Assembly (NCBI GenBank): GCA_963730935.1
Contig: CAVSTP010000003.1
Location: 768,001 to 832,000, forward strand
DNA: 64,000 nt
DNA from: an uncultured Nitrospiraceae bacterium
GTDB taxonomy: Bacteria > Nitrospirota > Nitrospiria > Nitrospirales > Nitrospiraceae
Reading direction: 5' to 3'
Both the position numbers and the translations under genes were made by a program. A model generated the notes under the pieces. It did not search any database, had not been told where the DNA came from, and saw nothing but the letters and a program-made list of their open reading frames with translations. Below, piece after piece: positions 45,117 through 55,053 of the stretch (position 1 is the stretch's first letter; the number at the start of each line of letters is the position of its first letter).

Positions 45117-46478
45117 TCACAATTCTTTCGACCAGAAGATAAAAAACCCGTTACGCCCCGGCAGCGGTGGACCACCCCCATGGTCGCTGTAAATCCCAAA
45201 ATTGTAGCTATAGTTGATTTCTATTTGTGAGCGCCACGGCGCTCCAGTCACGACGCCGCCGCCCACCGCGGGCATGGCATCCATTTGAAACTTGATAGAG
45301 CCGTCAGGCTGAAATCGCGCCTGTTCCACGAGGCCCCAGGAACCGCGTATGTAGGGATAAATAAAGAAGATCGGTTCGTAGCGGTATTCGAGATGCCCGA
45401 TGGCGTATTTTCGTGGATATAATTCGTTGAAAGCGACGCTGGGCATCATGGGCAGGGCCAGGGCCTCCCATTCATACCCGGTTGGCCGTCCAGGTAGGCG
45501 GAAGGTCGAAAACCGGTCAAGGTGCTGTCCGATGCCCCCATAGACCGAGGCCACCAGCCGATGCCGCTCACTGTTGACGAACGGCACACCGGCTGCGCCG
45601 ACGGCAAACACGCTTCCCATCAAGTACTCGTGCTCGTCTGAAAGCCCGAGCGGAGGTCCTCCCCAAGCGCTCCACTTGGCGCGGTGCCCGTAAATAAAAT
45701 CGCCGCCAAATGCAAAGCCTCGATGCGGGAGTTCCATCAGATTGCGTTCCAACGCATCCCGGCGGACACGCGCGTGCACGCGCCCCTCATAGGTATCTTC
45801 GGGAACGATGAAGTTCGGGCTCGATTTGCTGGTGCCCTTGAACCACCGATAGCCCGGTTCATAGGTTAAGGACAGCTCCAGCGCGTTGTCCTGATGTCCA
45901 GGATCCAAGAGTCTCCGATAGGCGATCCCCAACCCTCCGAACACGTAACTCCATTCCACTTCGACTTCTCGGATGATTTGTCCTTCGACATATTCCGATC
46001 GACCGAGCGGAATGATCATCGTATTCAATGTCATCCGAAGCTCCCAGCCGCTGGATGAGTGTGACCCGACGTTGTACGTCAAGTCGTTCACCGGACCGGA
46101 AAAGGTTCCGCGAAAGCGCTGTTTCAAATCATCCGAATTGCGCCACACATACAAGGCGCCGAACGGCAAGACCTGATAAAAAGTCGGGCCATTGGGAAGG
46201 TACTCCACCCCGAAGCTTGCGGCAGTGACATTTTTACGATCCCGGGCTTGCACTTTGACAGGCTCGCCCATCACTTCGGTATCGAACTCCTCCCCGGCCA
46301 GCGGCGTCGGCGTCTCTTCTTCCTGGCCATAAGCCGGGGAATTGAAGACAAACACAAAGACAGCTATTAGAAAGGCGACATGTGCGAGGGGAAGTTGGAG
46401 CCTATTGGTGGCGAGCTGACCTGGAAACAGCAGCTTGTTCATCGATTCAGCATCCGTTACGGTAGGAACCTCAGACAC
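45117..46478 (-). CDS. Putative outer-membrane beta-barrel protein
   Basis: Signal-like segment, amphipathic aromatic beta strands, C-terminal FFIFWSKEL. Confidence 0.6.
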   Translation of the reverse strand: MSEVPTVTDAESMNKLLFPGQLATNRLQLPLAHVAFLIAVFVFVFNSPAYGQEEETPTPLAGEEFDTEVMGEPVKVQARDRKNVTAASFGVEYLPNGPTFYQVLPFGALYVWRNSDDLKQRFRGTFSGPVNDLTYNVGSHSSSGWELRMTLNTMIIPLGRSEYVEGQIIREVEVEWSYVFGGLGIAYRRLLDPGHQDNALELSLTYEPGYRWFKGTSKSSPNFIVPEDTYEGRVHARVRRDALERNLMELPHRGFAFGGDFIYGHRAKWSAWGGPPLGLSDEHEYLMGSVFAVGAAGVPFVNSERHRLVASVYGGIGQHLDRFSTFRLPGRPTGYEWEALALPMMPSVAFNELYPRKYAIGHLEYRYEPIFFIYPYIRGSWGLVEQARFQPDGSIKFQMDAMPAVGGGVVTGAPWRSQIEINYSYNFGIYSDHGGGPPLPGRNGFFIFWSKEL

Positions 46479-46558
46479 TAGGGAGCGCCCTAGGTGGGCA
46501 TGGCAATGTGACTTTGCCAGTGAAAGAGGGGCCGGGCAACCATCGGAGGAAAAGCAGC

Positions 46559-47023
46559 ATGTTTGACGTCATCCTCTATCAGCCGGAGATTCCACCAAAT
46601 ACGGGCAACATCATACGGCTCTGTGCCAATACCGGGGTGCGACTCCATCTCGTAAAACCGTTGGGATTTTCTCTAGACGACCGGCAGATGCGGCGGGCGG
46701 GCTTGGACTATCACGAGTATGCGACGGTCGAGGTTCATGACGATTGGCCGAGCTGCGCGGCGCACTTCCTGGAGAGACGGCTGTTCGCGGTCTCAACAAA
46801 AGGTGCCCAGCGCTACGATCTCAACCGCTATGGCGCCGGCGACGCTTTCTTGTTCGGCCCAGAAACCAGAGGATTACCGGCAGAGTTGCTCGCGCAGTTT
46901 TCCCCTGAGTGTCGTATCCGCCTGCCAATGCTGATGGACAGTCGCAGTTTGAATCTCTCCAACGCGGTGGCGGTGATCGTCTATGAAGCCTGGCGGCAAT
47001 TGGATTTCGGAACTGCGGTCTAA
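46559..47023 (+). CDS. trmL: tRNA (cytidine/uridine-34 2'-O)-methyltransferase
   Basis: PEIPPNTGNIIRLC, RAGLDY, FGPETRGLP, RSLNLSNAV. Confidence 0.96.
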   Translation: MFDVILYQPEIPPNTGNIIRLCANTGVRLHLVKPLGFSLDDRQMRRAGLDYHEYATVEVHDDWPSCAAHFLERRLFAVSTKGAQRYDLNRYGAGDAFLFGPETRGLPAELLAQFSPECRIRLPMLMDSRSLNLSNAVAVIVYEAWRQLDFGTAV

Positions 47024-47037
47024 TTGACGATGGTTCT

Positions 47038-48270
47038 TCAAGACCCAATCGCGCGTGCGTCGGTGAGTTGGAACTGTCCCCGTGCCGTCACGGGATAGAG
47101 GGAAAAGATCGGCGTGTGGGCGGGCACGACGGCCGTGGTCACATTCGGCAGCAATTGAAGATGCATGTTCACGTAGTTAAAGCTCAAGCCATCCTGCCAC
47201 GGTTGGCTGCCGGCTCCCGCATAGGTGGCGGTTTTTTCCGAGGCGTACGTTCGCGTGAGTAATCCCGCTCCTCCCTCCAGCCCGTATTCATGCAAATCCG
47301 GCGCGCCCTGGACCAGCAAGCTGACGGCGTTGGCATCGAACCACACTTTGATGTTGCAGCCGACCTGGACATAGGGGCCCAGTGAATTCGTCCCGTCAAG
47401 GAAGGCGCGCGGCAGCCCGATCTCGTAGGGAACGTCGTCAGGCACTGGCCGATCCACCTTGCCGAGATTGGTTTCCTGCAGCGGTCCGACCGAGACGAAC
47501 AGCAGGTGCGGATCATTCATTTCGATATCAAGCACCTGGTCATCATAGTAGCTGCAGAGCCGTCCCATGTCGTAGCGAAGCGGAAACGAGTACCCGATCT
47601 TCGCGTACCAGATGCGCAAGGCGGCGTCCAACGGATCTTCCGGAGAACGGCTGATTTTGAGATCAAACGGCAGCATCACATACCACGCTCCGGTTCTGGC
47701 GGCGACGAAAGGGGCGCAGGCTCCCGGGAATTCCTTCTGGACGGCCGAGGTCTCGGGCTCGAACCTGCGGGTGGCGGCGGTGAAGTGTTGGGCGATCTTC
47801 GATTCCTTCGAGAGCCGATACTTTTCCTGATAATAGGCGGCAGCTCGCTGCTGGGCAATGGACAGGTAATAGTCCGGCATGTCGGTCTCGACGATGATCC
47901 GTTGGGGTGGACTGCCTGACCCATGACGTTCAGGCTTCATTGCCGCTGAATATATGTCCAGCTCGGCCTTCAGCCGCTGGATGTCTTGATGGATCTGACG
48001 AGCCAGTGCCGGATCGAAAAAGCTTGTCCCCGGCAGGATGTCGAGCGCTTTCTGCAGGCAGTCCAACTTGTGGGTGTAGCGCTTTGGCTCGTCGGCAAAG
48101 GCCTCGGCGGTCGCGACGAGCAAATTGAATTGTTCTTCCGGCACAAGGCCCAAGCTGTTCAGGTTGTGGTCTTTGATGAACGCAAAGGCCAATGGGCCGA
48201 AGGTCTCAGCCTTCCTGATGCACAGCGTCAAGAGGAAATTGTACTGGGCGCGCGCCTCATCCCGCGTCAT
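47038..48270 (-). CDS. Hypothetical protein; C-terminal half DUF6065/dUTPase-fold-like
   Basis: 410-aa ORF; CAPFVAARTGAWYVMLPFDL and VPAHTPIFSLYPV. Confidence 0.6.
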   Translation of the reverse strand: MTRDEARAQYNFLLTLCIRKAETFGPLAFAFIKDHNLNSLGLVPEEQFNLLVATAEAFADEPKRYTHKLDCLQKALDILPGTSFFDPALARQIHQDIQRLKAELDIYSAAMKPERHGSGSPPQRIIVETDMPDYYLSIAQQRAAAYYQEKYRLSKESKIAQHFTAATRRFEPETSAVQKEFPGACAPFVAARTGAWYVMLPFDLKISRSPEDPLDAALRIWYAKIGYSFPLRYDMGRLCSYYDDQVLDIEMNDPHLLFVSVGPLQETNLGKVDRPVPDDVPYEIGLPRAFLDGTNSLGPYVQVGCNIKVWFDANAVSLLVQGAPDLHEYGLEGGAGLLTRTYASEKTATYAGAGSQPWQDGLSFNYVNMHLQLLPNVTTAVVPAHTPIFSLYPVTARGQFQLTDARAIGS

Positions 48271-48606
48271 GGCCGGCCATCATAACGGGGCTGCATTCGA
48301 GGGGGCAAGGGCCGGAGTCGGCGAGACACTCGATGGAGTTGGTGTGAAACTTGGGCAGCCGGCAACCAGCGAAGGGCGCCTTGGTGGCGGTGCAGAGGCA
48401 CAGAAAGAACCGATCCAAATCTATGCGTATTATGGTCGTATAACCCCAGTAGATTGACAGCGGAGGGTGTCATTAGTAGTCTAAGCGCCCTGTCATTCCC
48501 GCCCGGAGATGATCGTATGCTCCCCTTCAGGTTTGATGCGGTGAAACCTTGTTCGACCATCAGGACGATACGACAAATCTGCGGCCTGACCTGGCGCAAA
48601 CCAACG

Positions 48607-49851
48607 ATGCGCATGCTTCTTCTGCCACTGTTTTTGTGGGCACTCATCGCCAATTCTACGGCAGCCGACAGTTTTCTTGAGACAGAGTGCCTCCACAAGG
48701 CGCCGGCTGGCATTGCGCTGACCGACCATATCGCCAAGGCCAAGACGGGCAATGTGCAATCGATGTTCTGCGCGGGGGCCATAAAGCTGTACGTATCTAA
48801 GGAATATGACAACGCGATTCCCTGGTTGGAACGAGCCGCCAATGCCGGGCACATGCGAGCGCCGCTTGTCCTCGGTATTCTTTATGAGCAGGGGAGTGGC
48901 GTGAAGGAGGATCCGGCGACGGCAGCCAAGTGGTACCAGAAGGGAATCGATAACGGCAACGCTGCCGCGGCGAGGCGGCTCGCCAATCTCTATCATCTCG
49001 GCACAGGCGTTCCTCACGATGAAGCCAAGTCGAATGAACTACTGAAGAAGGCGGTCGAGATGGGTGACAAAGCGGCTCCTGCTTTTATCGAGAAGCGGGA
49101 ACAGGATCTGAAGGACACGAGGCCCGGTATGACCATCAAAGCGGAGGCATACCGTTTATACAAGCAGAAACAGTTCGCGCAGTCAGCCAAACTGTATCGA
49201 CAATGCGCGGATATGGGAAATGACGCCTGTCAACTTGCGATGGGACAGTTGTATGAGTTCGGCGATGGTGTGCCCAAGGATGAGCGTCAGGCCGCGGCGT
49301 GGTATCGCAAATCTGCGGATCAAGGTAACCCCATCGGTCAAAAAACCCTCGGACTGCTGTATGAACTTGGCAAGGGCGTTCCCGAAAATTGGGCCGAAGC
49401 CGCTCGACTCTATGCCAAGAGCGCTGATCGGTATGGAGAGTCGGCGTTTCTCATGGGCCGTTTGTATGAGTTCGGCATGTCGGTTCCGCAAAACCGCGCC
49501 ATCGCAATCGAGTGGTTCAAGAAAGCCGATAAGATGGGCCATCCCAAAGGCGCCTATTGGGCCAAGTGGCTCAACGATTACAGCAACTGCATAGGCTTTC
49601 GAAATCAGCAGGAACAGAATGAGATACGAGGTTTGCGCTGCCCTGCCGATCCGGTGGGTGTCATATTTCACACCAGCGGCGAGCGGACCGCCTACATTCG
49701 ACAGATGGCCAAGGAGTTCGATCGGTTCGATGCGGAGCGGGCAAGGGAGCAGGCGGCTCTCACCAACGCCACCACCGACACCGCCTGCACGATGGCCGGC
49801 GGCAGATGGACACCGGACAGGCAGGCCACCTTCGGCGGTTCCTGCAATTAG
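48607..49851 (+). CDS. Exported Sel1-repeat protein
   Basis: Repeated LG.LYE.G.GVP.D...A..WY.K.A..G units; signal peptide. Confidence 0.9.
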   Translation: MRMLLLPLFLWALIANSTAADSFLETECLHKAPAGIALTDHIAKAKTGNVQSMFCAGAIKLYVSKEYDNAIPWLERAANAGHMRAPLVLGILYEQGSGVKEDPATAAKWYQKGIDNGNAAAARRLANLYHLGTGVPHDEAKSNELLKKAVEMGDKAAPAFIEKREQDLKDTRPGMTIKAEAYRLYKQKQFAQSAKLYRQCADMGNDACQLAMGQLYEFGDGVPKDERQAAAWYRKSADQGNPIGQKTLGLLYELGKGVPENWAEAARLYAKSADRYGESAFLMGRLYEFGMSVPQNRAIAIEWFKKADKMGHPKGAYWAKWLNDYSNCIGFRNQQEQNEIRGLRCPADPVGVIFHTSGERTAYIRQMAKEFDRFDAERAREQAALTNATTDTACTMAGGRWTPDRQATFGGSCN

Positions 49852-49933
49852 CCGGCAGAATCGAGTGCAGCAAGGAAGGTACGTTGGCGCAGCGTCGGAG
49901 GTCATGAAGATGCAGAGCTGTCTCGCCGCCGCC

Positions 49934-50449
49934 TTAATCCCCGCGGCTTTGATAGGGCGTGGGATAGAGCAGCCTCAACAGCGAGATGTCATGGTGCCAG
50001 AACCATACTCCGGCAGCAGACACGAGCAGAATGGTGGGAAGGAGAAGCAGCGCCAGCGCCGTGATGTCGCGGAGCGACAACGGCTTCGTCAACAAGTCGC
50101 AGTGTCCGTCGTCGCCGTGCTTGATGGACCGGACCAACAAGGCCGCATTGAGTTGATGGCTTTTGAACACGAATGAATAAAAATCGCCGAGGAGTGGAAT
50201 GGTGCCGATCAGCCCGTTCTTGAAGAGATTATAGGCCATACGCAGCTGCACCTCCCAGGGGACCTGCAGCTGCCGCGCCATGACCAGGATTGCCGCGCCG
50301 CCAATCGTCGCCATCGTATCGCCCACGATCGGAAACAGGCCGACCACCGGGTCGAGGCCGATTTTGGGACGCAATCCTGGGAGGGCCATCGCATTGTCGA
50401 GCACTCGAGCGATGGTTTCCGCTTGTACTTCCTTGTCGCGAACGTTCAT
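49934..50449 (-). CDS. DUF4112 family membrane protein
   Basis: IGLDPVVGLFPIVGD, GTIPLLGD. Confidence 0.85.
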   Translation of the reverse strand: MNVRDKEVQAETIARVLDNAMALPGLRPKIGLDPVVGLFPIVGDTMATIGGAAILVMARQLQVPWEVQLRMAYNLFKNGLIGTIPLLGDFYSFVFKSHQLNAALLVRSIKHGDDGHCDLLTKPLSLRDITALALLLLPTILLVSAAGVWFWHHDISLLRLLYPTPYQSRGD

Positions 50450-50512
50450 CCAGGCAGCCTAGGCCGTCCGGAGCGGGGCCTGACACTGGTCAAACCCCCA
50501 GGGAGAAGGTGA

Positions 50513-51115
50513 TTACTTCATCTTGTTCGGATCCTGGTAAATCATCAAATGCGAATACGGACTGTCCTCGAACATGATGTAGACGCCTGAGGGATTGGGA
50601 ACGGTCGGCAGGTGAGAGGCGTTGGAATCAAACGGCCACATGACCATCCAGTGCGGCGGTTCCTTGACCACTTTCGCACCTTCGCCCGCCATGACAACTT
50701 TGCCGTTCTTTTCAAGGTGGGATCCCCCCCGCGCCATATAGGCAATGCCAGGCACCGTATTGGACGGTTTGGGAGCATTATTCATTACGTCGGTCATCCA
50801 TTGGTTGCTGGCGGCATCCATACAAATGGGATCGGGGACCGGCAGGTTCATGACCGTGGGAATACAGGTAAAGCCATTCGTCCCCTTTTTCGCTTCCGTC
50901 AGTTTGCCGTCAGCGCCATAGATCATGACACCGGCATCCTTCGAGATGCGGGCAGGGGCCGCGCTGAGCGCCAACGCCGTCTGATCTTTTTCGGACATCG
51001 TCTTGACGTCCTTGACGGTGGATTTTTTGTGGGAGGGCTTGTCGCCAGCCGACGCGACTGCAGGGACAAGGAGCGAGCACGCTATCAAAAGGCTGAAGGC
51101 ACAAAAGCGGATCAT
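50513..51115 (-). CDS. Exported conserved hypothetical protein (Met/His/Cys motifs)
   Basis: RBS AGGAGG; signal peptide; GTNGFTC, PICMD, GIAYM, PPHWM, SHLMI. Confidence 0.75.
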   Translation of the reverse strand: MIRFCAFSLLIACSLLVPAVASAGDKPSHKKSTVKDVKTMSEKDQTALALSAAPARISKDAGVMIYGADGKLTEAKKGTNGFTCIPTVMNLPVPDPICMDAASNQWMTDVMNNAPKPSNTVPGIAYMARGGSHLEKNGKVVMAGEGAKVVKEPPHWMVMWPFDSNASHLPTVPNPSGVYIMFEDSPYSHLMIYQDPNKMK

Positions 51116-51160
51116 GTCTCTCCTCCTGGGCCGGGGTGAACTGCTTTCATCTGAAGCTTG

Positions 51161-52525
51161 TCATTGATCATGCGCGCTCTCGCTCGTGAGGCCGTACTTC
51201 TTGAGCTTGCTCAAGAGTGTTTTGTAGTCGATCTCGAGCGTTTTGGCGGCCTGACTCTTGTTCCCGTCATGCGCCTCGAGGACTCGTTCGATATGCCAGC
51301 GCTCGATGTCTTCGAGGGAGCGCTTGGAAAGCTGACCAGTCTCAGAATCGCGTCTAGGCGCCGGCAGCACCGCCCTGACTTCCTCGCCCGAGATGGCGGC
51401 CGTTCCGGTTCCCATCAACATCAACCGTTCGATGACGTTGCGAAGCTCACGGATGTTGCCGGGCCAAGAGTAGGCGCAGAGCGCGGCAGTGGCCTCTAGA
51501 GACAGCGTTCGTGTCAAAGATCCCGCGGCGCGAAGATTGTGGAGAAAATGTTCCGCCAGCCCAGGCACGTCTTCTTTGCGCTCTCTGAGCGCTGGGACGT
51601 GAAGCGTCACGGCGTTGATGCGGTAGAACAAGTCCTCGCGGAAGCGGCCTTGTGCGACGAGCGTCTGAAGATCCTGATTGGTGGCTCCCACGATGCGAAC
51701 GTCCGCATGAAACATGCGCGTACTCCCAACCGGTCGATACTCACCCCGATCCAGGAACCGCAGAAGACTGACCTGCATGGGAGCCGGCATTTCGGCCAAC
51801 TCATCGAGAAAAAGCGTACCCCCACAAGCGGCCGTCACGAGCCCCGTCTTCGCTCCAACGGCACCCGTGAATGCGCCTTTGTCATGACCGAACAACTCGC
51901 TTTCCAGCAGTTCGCGGTTCATGGCGCCGCAGTTGATTGCGAGGAACGGTCCTTGAGCCCTGCCGCTCAATTCGTGAACGAGACGTGCCACGACTTCCTT
52001 CCCCGAACCGGTTTCCCCCTGGAGGAGCACAGGGGCTTTCGAGGAGGCGGCTTTGCCAATGTGGGTTTTCAGCGTTTTCCAGACCGGACTGAAACCCTCG
52101 ATGATGACATCGCGTGTGTATCCGCCCCGGCGTGCAGCCAGGTTTTCCTGTCGCAAGGCGCGGACCGTCCGGAGTTTCGCCAGAGCCGCTTTCACGGCCG
52201 CTCCGTCAAATGGCGTATCCTTGATGAGGAAGTCCCAGGCGCCTTGCTTCATCGCTTCGACCGCATCCTTCACGTCGCCATGCCCGGTCAGCATCACCAC
52301 CTCGACTCCCGGCTGATGATCAGTCACCCATGCGAGGACGTTCAATCCATCAATACCTGGCATACGCAGATCCGTAATCACGCAGTCGAAGGTCTCGCCT
52401 TGAAGCGCGGCAATACCCGCTTTCCCGTCTGAAGCGACCACGACATCGCAGCCTTCTTCCCGCAGGGTATGTTCGAGCACAAGTCGCACATATTGTTCGT
52501 CGTCGATGATCAGGGCCCGCATCAC
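51161..52525 (-). CDS. Sigma-54-dependent response regulator
   Basis: REC; GETGSGKE; GAFTGA; WPGNIREL; HTH. Confidence 0.95.
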   Translation of the reverse strand: MMRALIIDDEQYVRLVLEHTLREEGCDVVVASDGKAGIAALQGETFDCVITDLRMPGIDGLNVLAWVTDHQPGVEVVMLTGHGDVKDAVEAMKQGAWDFLIKDTPFDGAAVKAALAKLRTVRALRQENLAARRGGYTRDVIIEGFSPVWKTLKTHIGKAASSKAPVLLQGETGSGKEVVARLVHELSGRAQGPFLAINCGAMNRELLESELFGHDKGAFTGAVGAKTGLVTAACGGTLFLDELAEMPAPMQVSLLRFLDRGEYRPVGSTRMFHADVRIVGATNQDLQTLVAQGRFREDLFYRINAVTLHVPALRERKEDVPGLAEHFLHNLRAAGSLTRTLSLEATAALCAYSWPGNIRELRNVIERLMLMGTGTAAISGEEVRAVLPAPRRDSETGQLSKRSLEDIERWHIERVLEAHDGNKSQAAKTLEIDYKTLLSKLKKYGLTSESAHDQ

Positions 52526-54039
52526 GAGGCTCCTTGCGGCAAGACGAGCGAAAAGGTACTGCCACGCTCCGGCGCCGAATCGACGATGACCCGGCCTCCG
52601 TGCTTGTCCATCACGAGTCTCACAATCGCCAAGCCGACGCCGGTGCCTTCATATTCGTGGGGACCGTGCAATCGTTCGAACAACCCGAAGATCTTGTCCG
52701 TCTGAGCCACGTCGAATCCGATCCCGTTGTCCGTGATCCGCAGGATGCACTCCCTGTTGTTCCGCGTTCCATCGATCCGGATGTCCGGTTTCGGCCGGTT
52801 CCGGGAAAACTTGACGGCGTTGTCGAGCAGGTTGGCGAGGGCCTGTCGGATGCTGACCGGCTCGCCGTAGAGCTCGTCGAATGTCAACTCAACGTGAATG
52901 GCCGGCGCTGACTGCTGCGTCGAACTCATCCGGTCGTTGAGGAGGCTGGTCATCATTTCTCGCACGTTGAACCACTGTTTTGGCAGGGCTTGCTGTTCCA
53001 GCCGCGAGTATTTCAAAAGTGCGTCGATCATGTGCGTGAGGCGCAATGCGGACTGCCGGATGACGCCGATGTGATGTCTCACCTCTTGATCGCCGGTTTC
53101 TGAAAACTGCTTTTCGAGCAGGGAGGAAAATCCCTCGATCTCTCGGAGCGGCCCCTTGAGGTCGTGGGCGATCGAATAGGTAAACGCTTCCAGTTCCTTC
53201 GTTTTGCGCCACAGAGAGGTACTGTGTTCACGCAAGCTCGCGAGCATTGTTGTCAGCGAGCCTGCAAGCGTGCCGACCTCATCGCGACTGGGCCAAGAGG
53301 GGAACTGCGCTGACAGATCGTGATGGGCCACGCGGTCGGCGGTGGCGGCCAGACTCATCAAGGGGCGGACGATATGTCTAGTTGCGAGCCCGTAGGTGGC
53401 TGCGATGACCAGACCCAATAGGAGGGCGAGAGACAGAGCGATGAGGCGAGCATGCCCCAGCAGGCGATCGCCCTCATGCTTCATTTCAATATCGATCTTG
53501 GTATGTGCATCGACGAGTTCATCGAGGGCGGTCGTTACATGTGCCATCAGGCCGTCAGTGTCGGACATCGCCATCGTTTTCCAGTCTTTGGTCAATGCGG
53601 CCAATGAGGTGGCAATGGTTTCGATCGCACGGTCTTCCTGCTCGGCAAGATCGAGCCGGTGGTGATCCGCCAACATCCCGTACAAAATCGGATGCGTGCG
53701 CGCCGCGTGTGTATCTTTGTAGACGTCAAGTTGAACTCTGATGAAGGTAGTATGACGGTCAAAGCTGGCAGACACCTCCTCGCTCGGCTTTGAACGGTGA
53801 TTACCGGAGAAGTGCAGGGTGAACTTCAAATCATATGCCTCGCGCCGCATGTTGGCCGCCGTGACGATGGCCGGAACAGTAATGCGCTTGTGTCGGTCGA
53901 CATAGCTGTTGATCCTGGCGAGATAAAAGAGCAACGCCGTCAAGCTCAATGCGAGGAGGCTGAGAATGAGTCCAAACGAAATGAGAAGCTTCTGGCCGAT
54001 CGACAGGTGGCGAAACCACCCGGTGGGAGAGCGGTTCAT
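52522..54039 (-). CDS. Membrane sensor histidine kinase (periplasmic sensor, HAMP)
   Basis: Two TM helices, HAMP (RDEVG.L), AHDLKGPL, NAVKF, DNGIG, GTGVGL. Confidence 0.93.
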   Translation of the reverse strand: MNRSPTGWFRHLSIGQKLLISFGLILSLLALSLTALLFYLARINSYVDRHKRITVPAIVTAANMRREAYDLKFTLHFSGNHRSKPSEEVSASFDRHTTFIRVQLDVYKDTHAARTHPILYGMLADHHRLDLAEQEDRAIETIATSLAALTKDWKTMAMSDTDGLMAHVTTALDELVDAHTKIDIEMKHEGDRLLGHARLIALSLALLLGLVIAATYGLATRHIVRPLMSLAATADRVAHHDLSAQFPSWPSRDEVGTLAGSLTTMLASLREHSTSLWRKTKELEAFTYSIAHDLKGPLREIEGFSSLLEKQFSETGDQEVRHHIGVIRQSALRLTHMIDALLKYSRLEQQALPKQWFNVREMMTSLLNDRMSSTQQSAPAIHVELTFDELYGEPVSIRQALANLLDNAVKFSRNRPKPDIRIDGTRNNRECILRITDNGIGFDVAQTDKIFGLFERLHGPHEYEGTGVGLAIVRLVMDKHGGRVIVDSAPERGSTFSLVLPQGAS

Positions 54040-54114
54040 GGCGCTACGGTACCACAGGGAGTCAAAACGTACCACTGCTCTCTCATCCAACTTGCACGGC
54101 GTATTTGTCAAGAT

Positions 54115-54218
54115 TGTTGGCTGAGCAACACAGCAGACGCATCTTTTGTTCCTTCAGCAACAGCGCATGCTTCTGTGCTCCTAAATTCCTTGCAAACTGG
54201 AAAGGCACGCGTTCTGCA
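54115..54218 (+). promoter_or_regulatory. Sigma-54 promoter with two TGT-N10-ACA upstream activator sites
   Basis: TGTTGGCTGAGCAACA (54115), TGTTCCTTCAGCAACA (54147), AGGCACGCGTTCTGCA (54203-54218). Confidence 0.7.
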
Positions 54219-54277
54219 CTGACGTCATCTGCAGGCGGTTACTAATTTACTCACAACGGCAAGAAAGGATGGTTGTC

Positions 54278-54643
54278 ATGGCAAAGTCGTTAGATGAATT
54301 GCTCAAACTCAAAGGTGTTGTTGCGTCCGGAGAGTTTTCTGCAGATGGCAAACTCATCAATCTCCGGTCGAATAACAATCAGCTGTCGAACGAGGTGGCC
54401 GATCTCACGGCACAGTTTGCTGCGGCCGTGAGTCAACTGCTGGGCGCGCTGGCTTCAGCGCATTCCAAAATTAGCGGTTACAACTGGTTGCCGGAACATG
54501 GCTGGACCTATTCGGGCGGGGACCTCACCATTGCGGTGGGAGGGAACCGGGGGGTCTTCGTCAAAACTGCCGAGGCTGATTTTAAACAGCTCTTTGAGGC
54601 GCTGATTCAGTCGCAGCAACTGGCTCATGCGGGCGCTCGGTAA
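54278..54643 (+). CDS. DUF2173 family (roadblock-like) protein
   Basis: LDELLKLKGVVASGEFSADG...WLPEHGWTYSGGD...GVFV...ADF. Confidence 0.8.
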   Translation: MAKSLDELLKLKGVVASGEFSADGKLINLRSNNNQLSNEVADLTAQFAAAVSQLLGALASAHSKISGYNWLPEHGWTYSGGDLTIAVGGNRGVFVKTAEADFKQLFEALIQSQQLAHAGAR

Positions 54644-54736
54644 GCACGAGTTCACGCACTGCCTTGGATACAGGCACAACCAATCAAGCGACGGCTCGGG
54701 CGCATCCGGGCCGTCGCTGGAGGTAAGGAGAAGCAG

Positions 54737-54943
54737 ATGACGTTTCGCACCATTCCACAATCCATACTCCTGTTGGAGCAGCAGTCCATCGACGATCGTA
54801 TCCTCGAGATTTTGGACAGAACAGGGGGCTCAATCACTCGACTATTTGGACAAGAGTCTCCCGGACGTCGGAAGTACACCGTTATTGTTTGCTATCGATC
54901 GTTTGAGCCGGACGGGGAAAATCTCGATCGGACCTCCCAGTAA
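54737..54943 (+). CDS. Small hypothetical protein
   Basis: 68-aa ORF with strong RBS TAAGGAG. Confidence 0.5.
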   Translation: MTFRTIPQSILLLEQQSIDDRILEILDRTGGSITRLFGQESPGRRKYTVIVCYRSFEPDGENLDRTSQ

Positions 54944-55053
54944 AGGAGAATATCTTGTGTCGGCAACGCCCGTGACGCGTTCCGTCTATACAGCATTTTG
55001 AAAACATTCGTGCCATCGGTATGCGAGAAGAGGTGATGCGAACGTGAAACGTA

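Noticed and set aside
46501..46519. TGGCAA-N7-TTGCCA as a sigma-54 promoter
   Set aside because: GG-to-GC spacing is 12 rather than 10; at most it is an unassigned palindrome.
48257..48418. 53-codon, six-Cys minus-strand ORF (TTG start; DRFFLCLCTATKAPFAGC...ECSPVMMAGHDAG) as a RiPP precursor
   Set aside because: Weak start with no RBS, it overlaps the likely promoter and start of the 47038-48270 gene, and no modifying enzymes are nearby.
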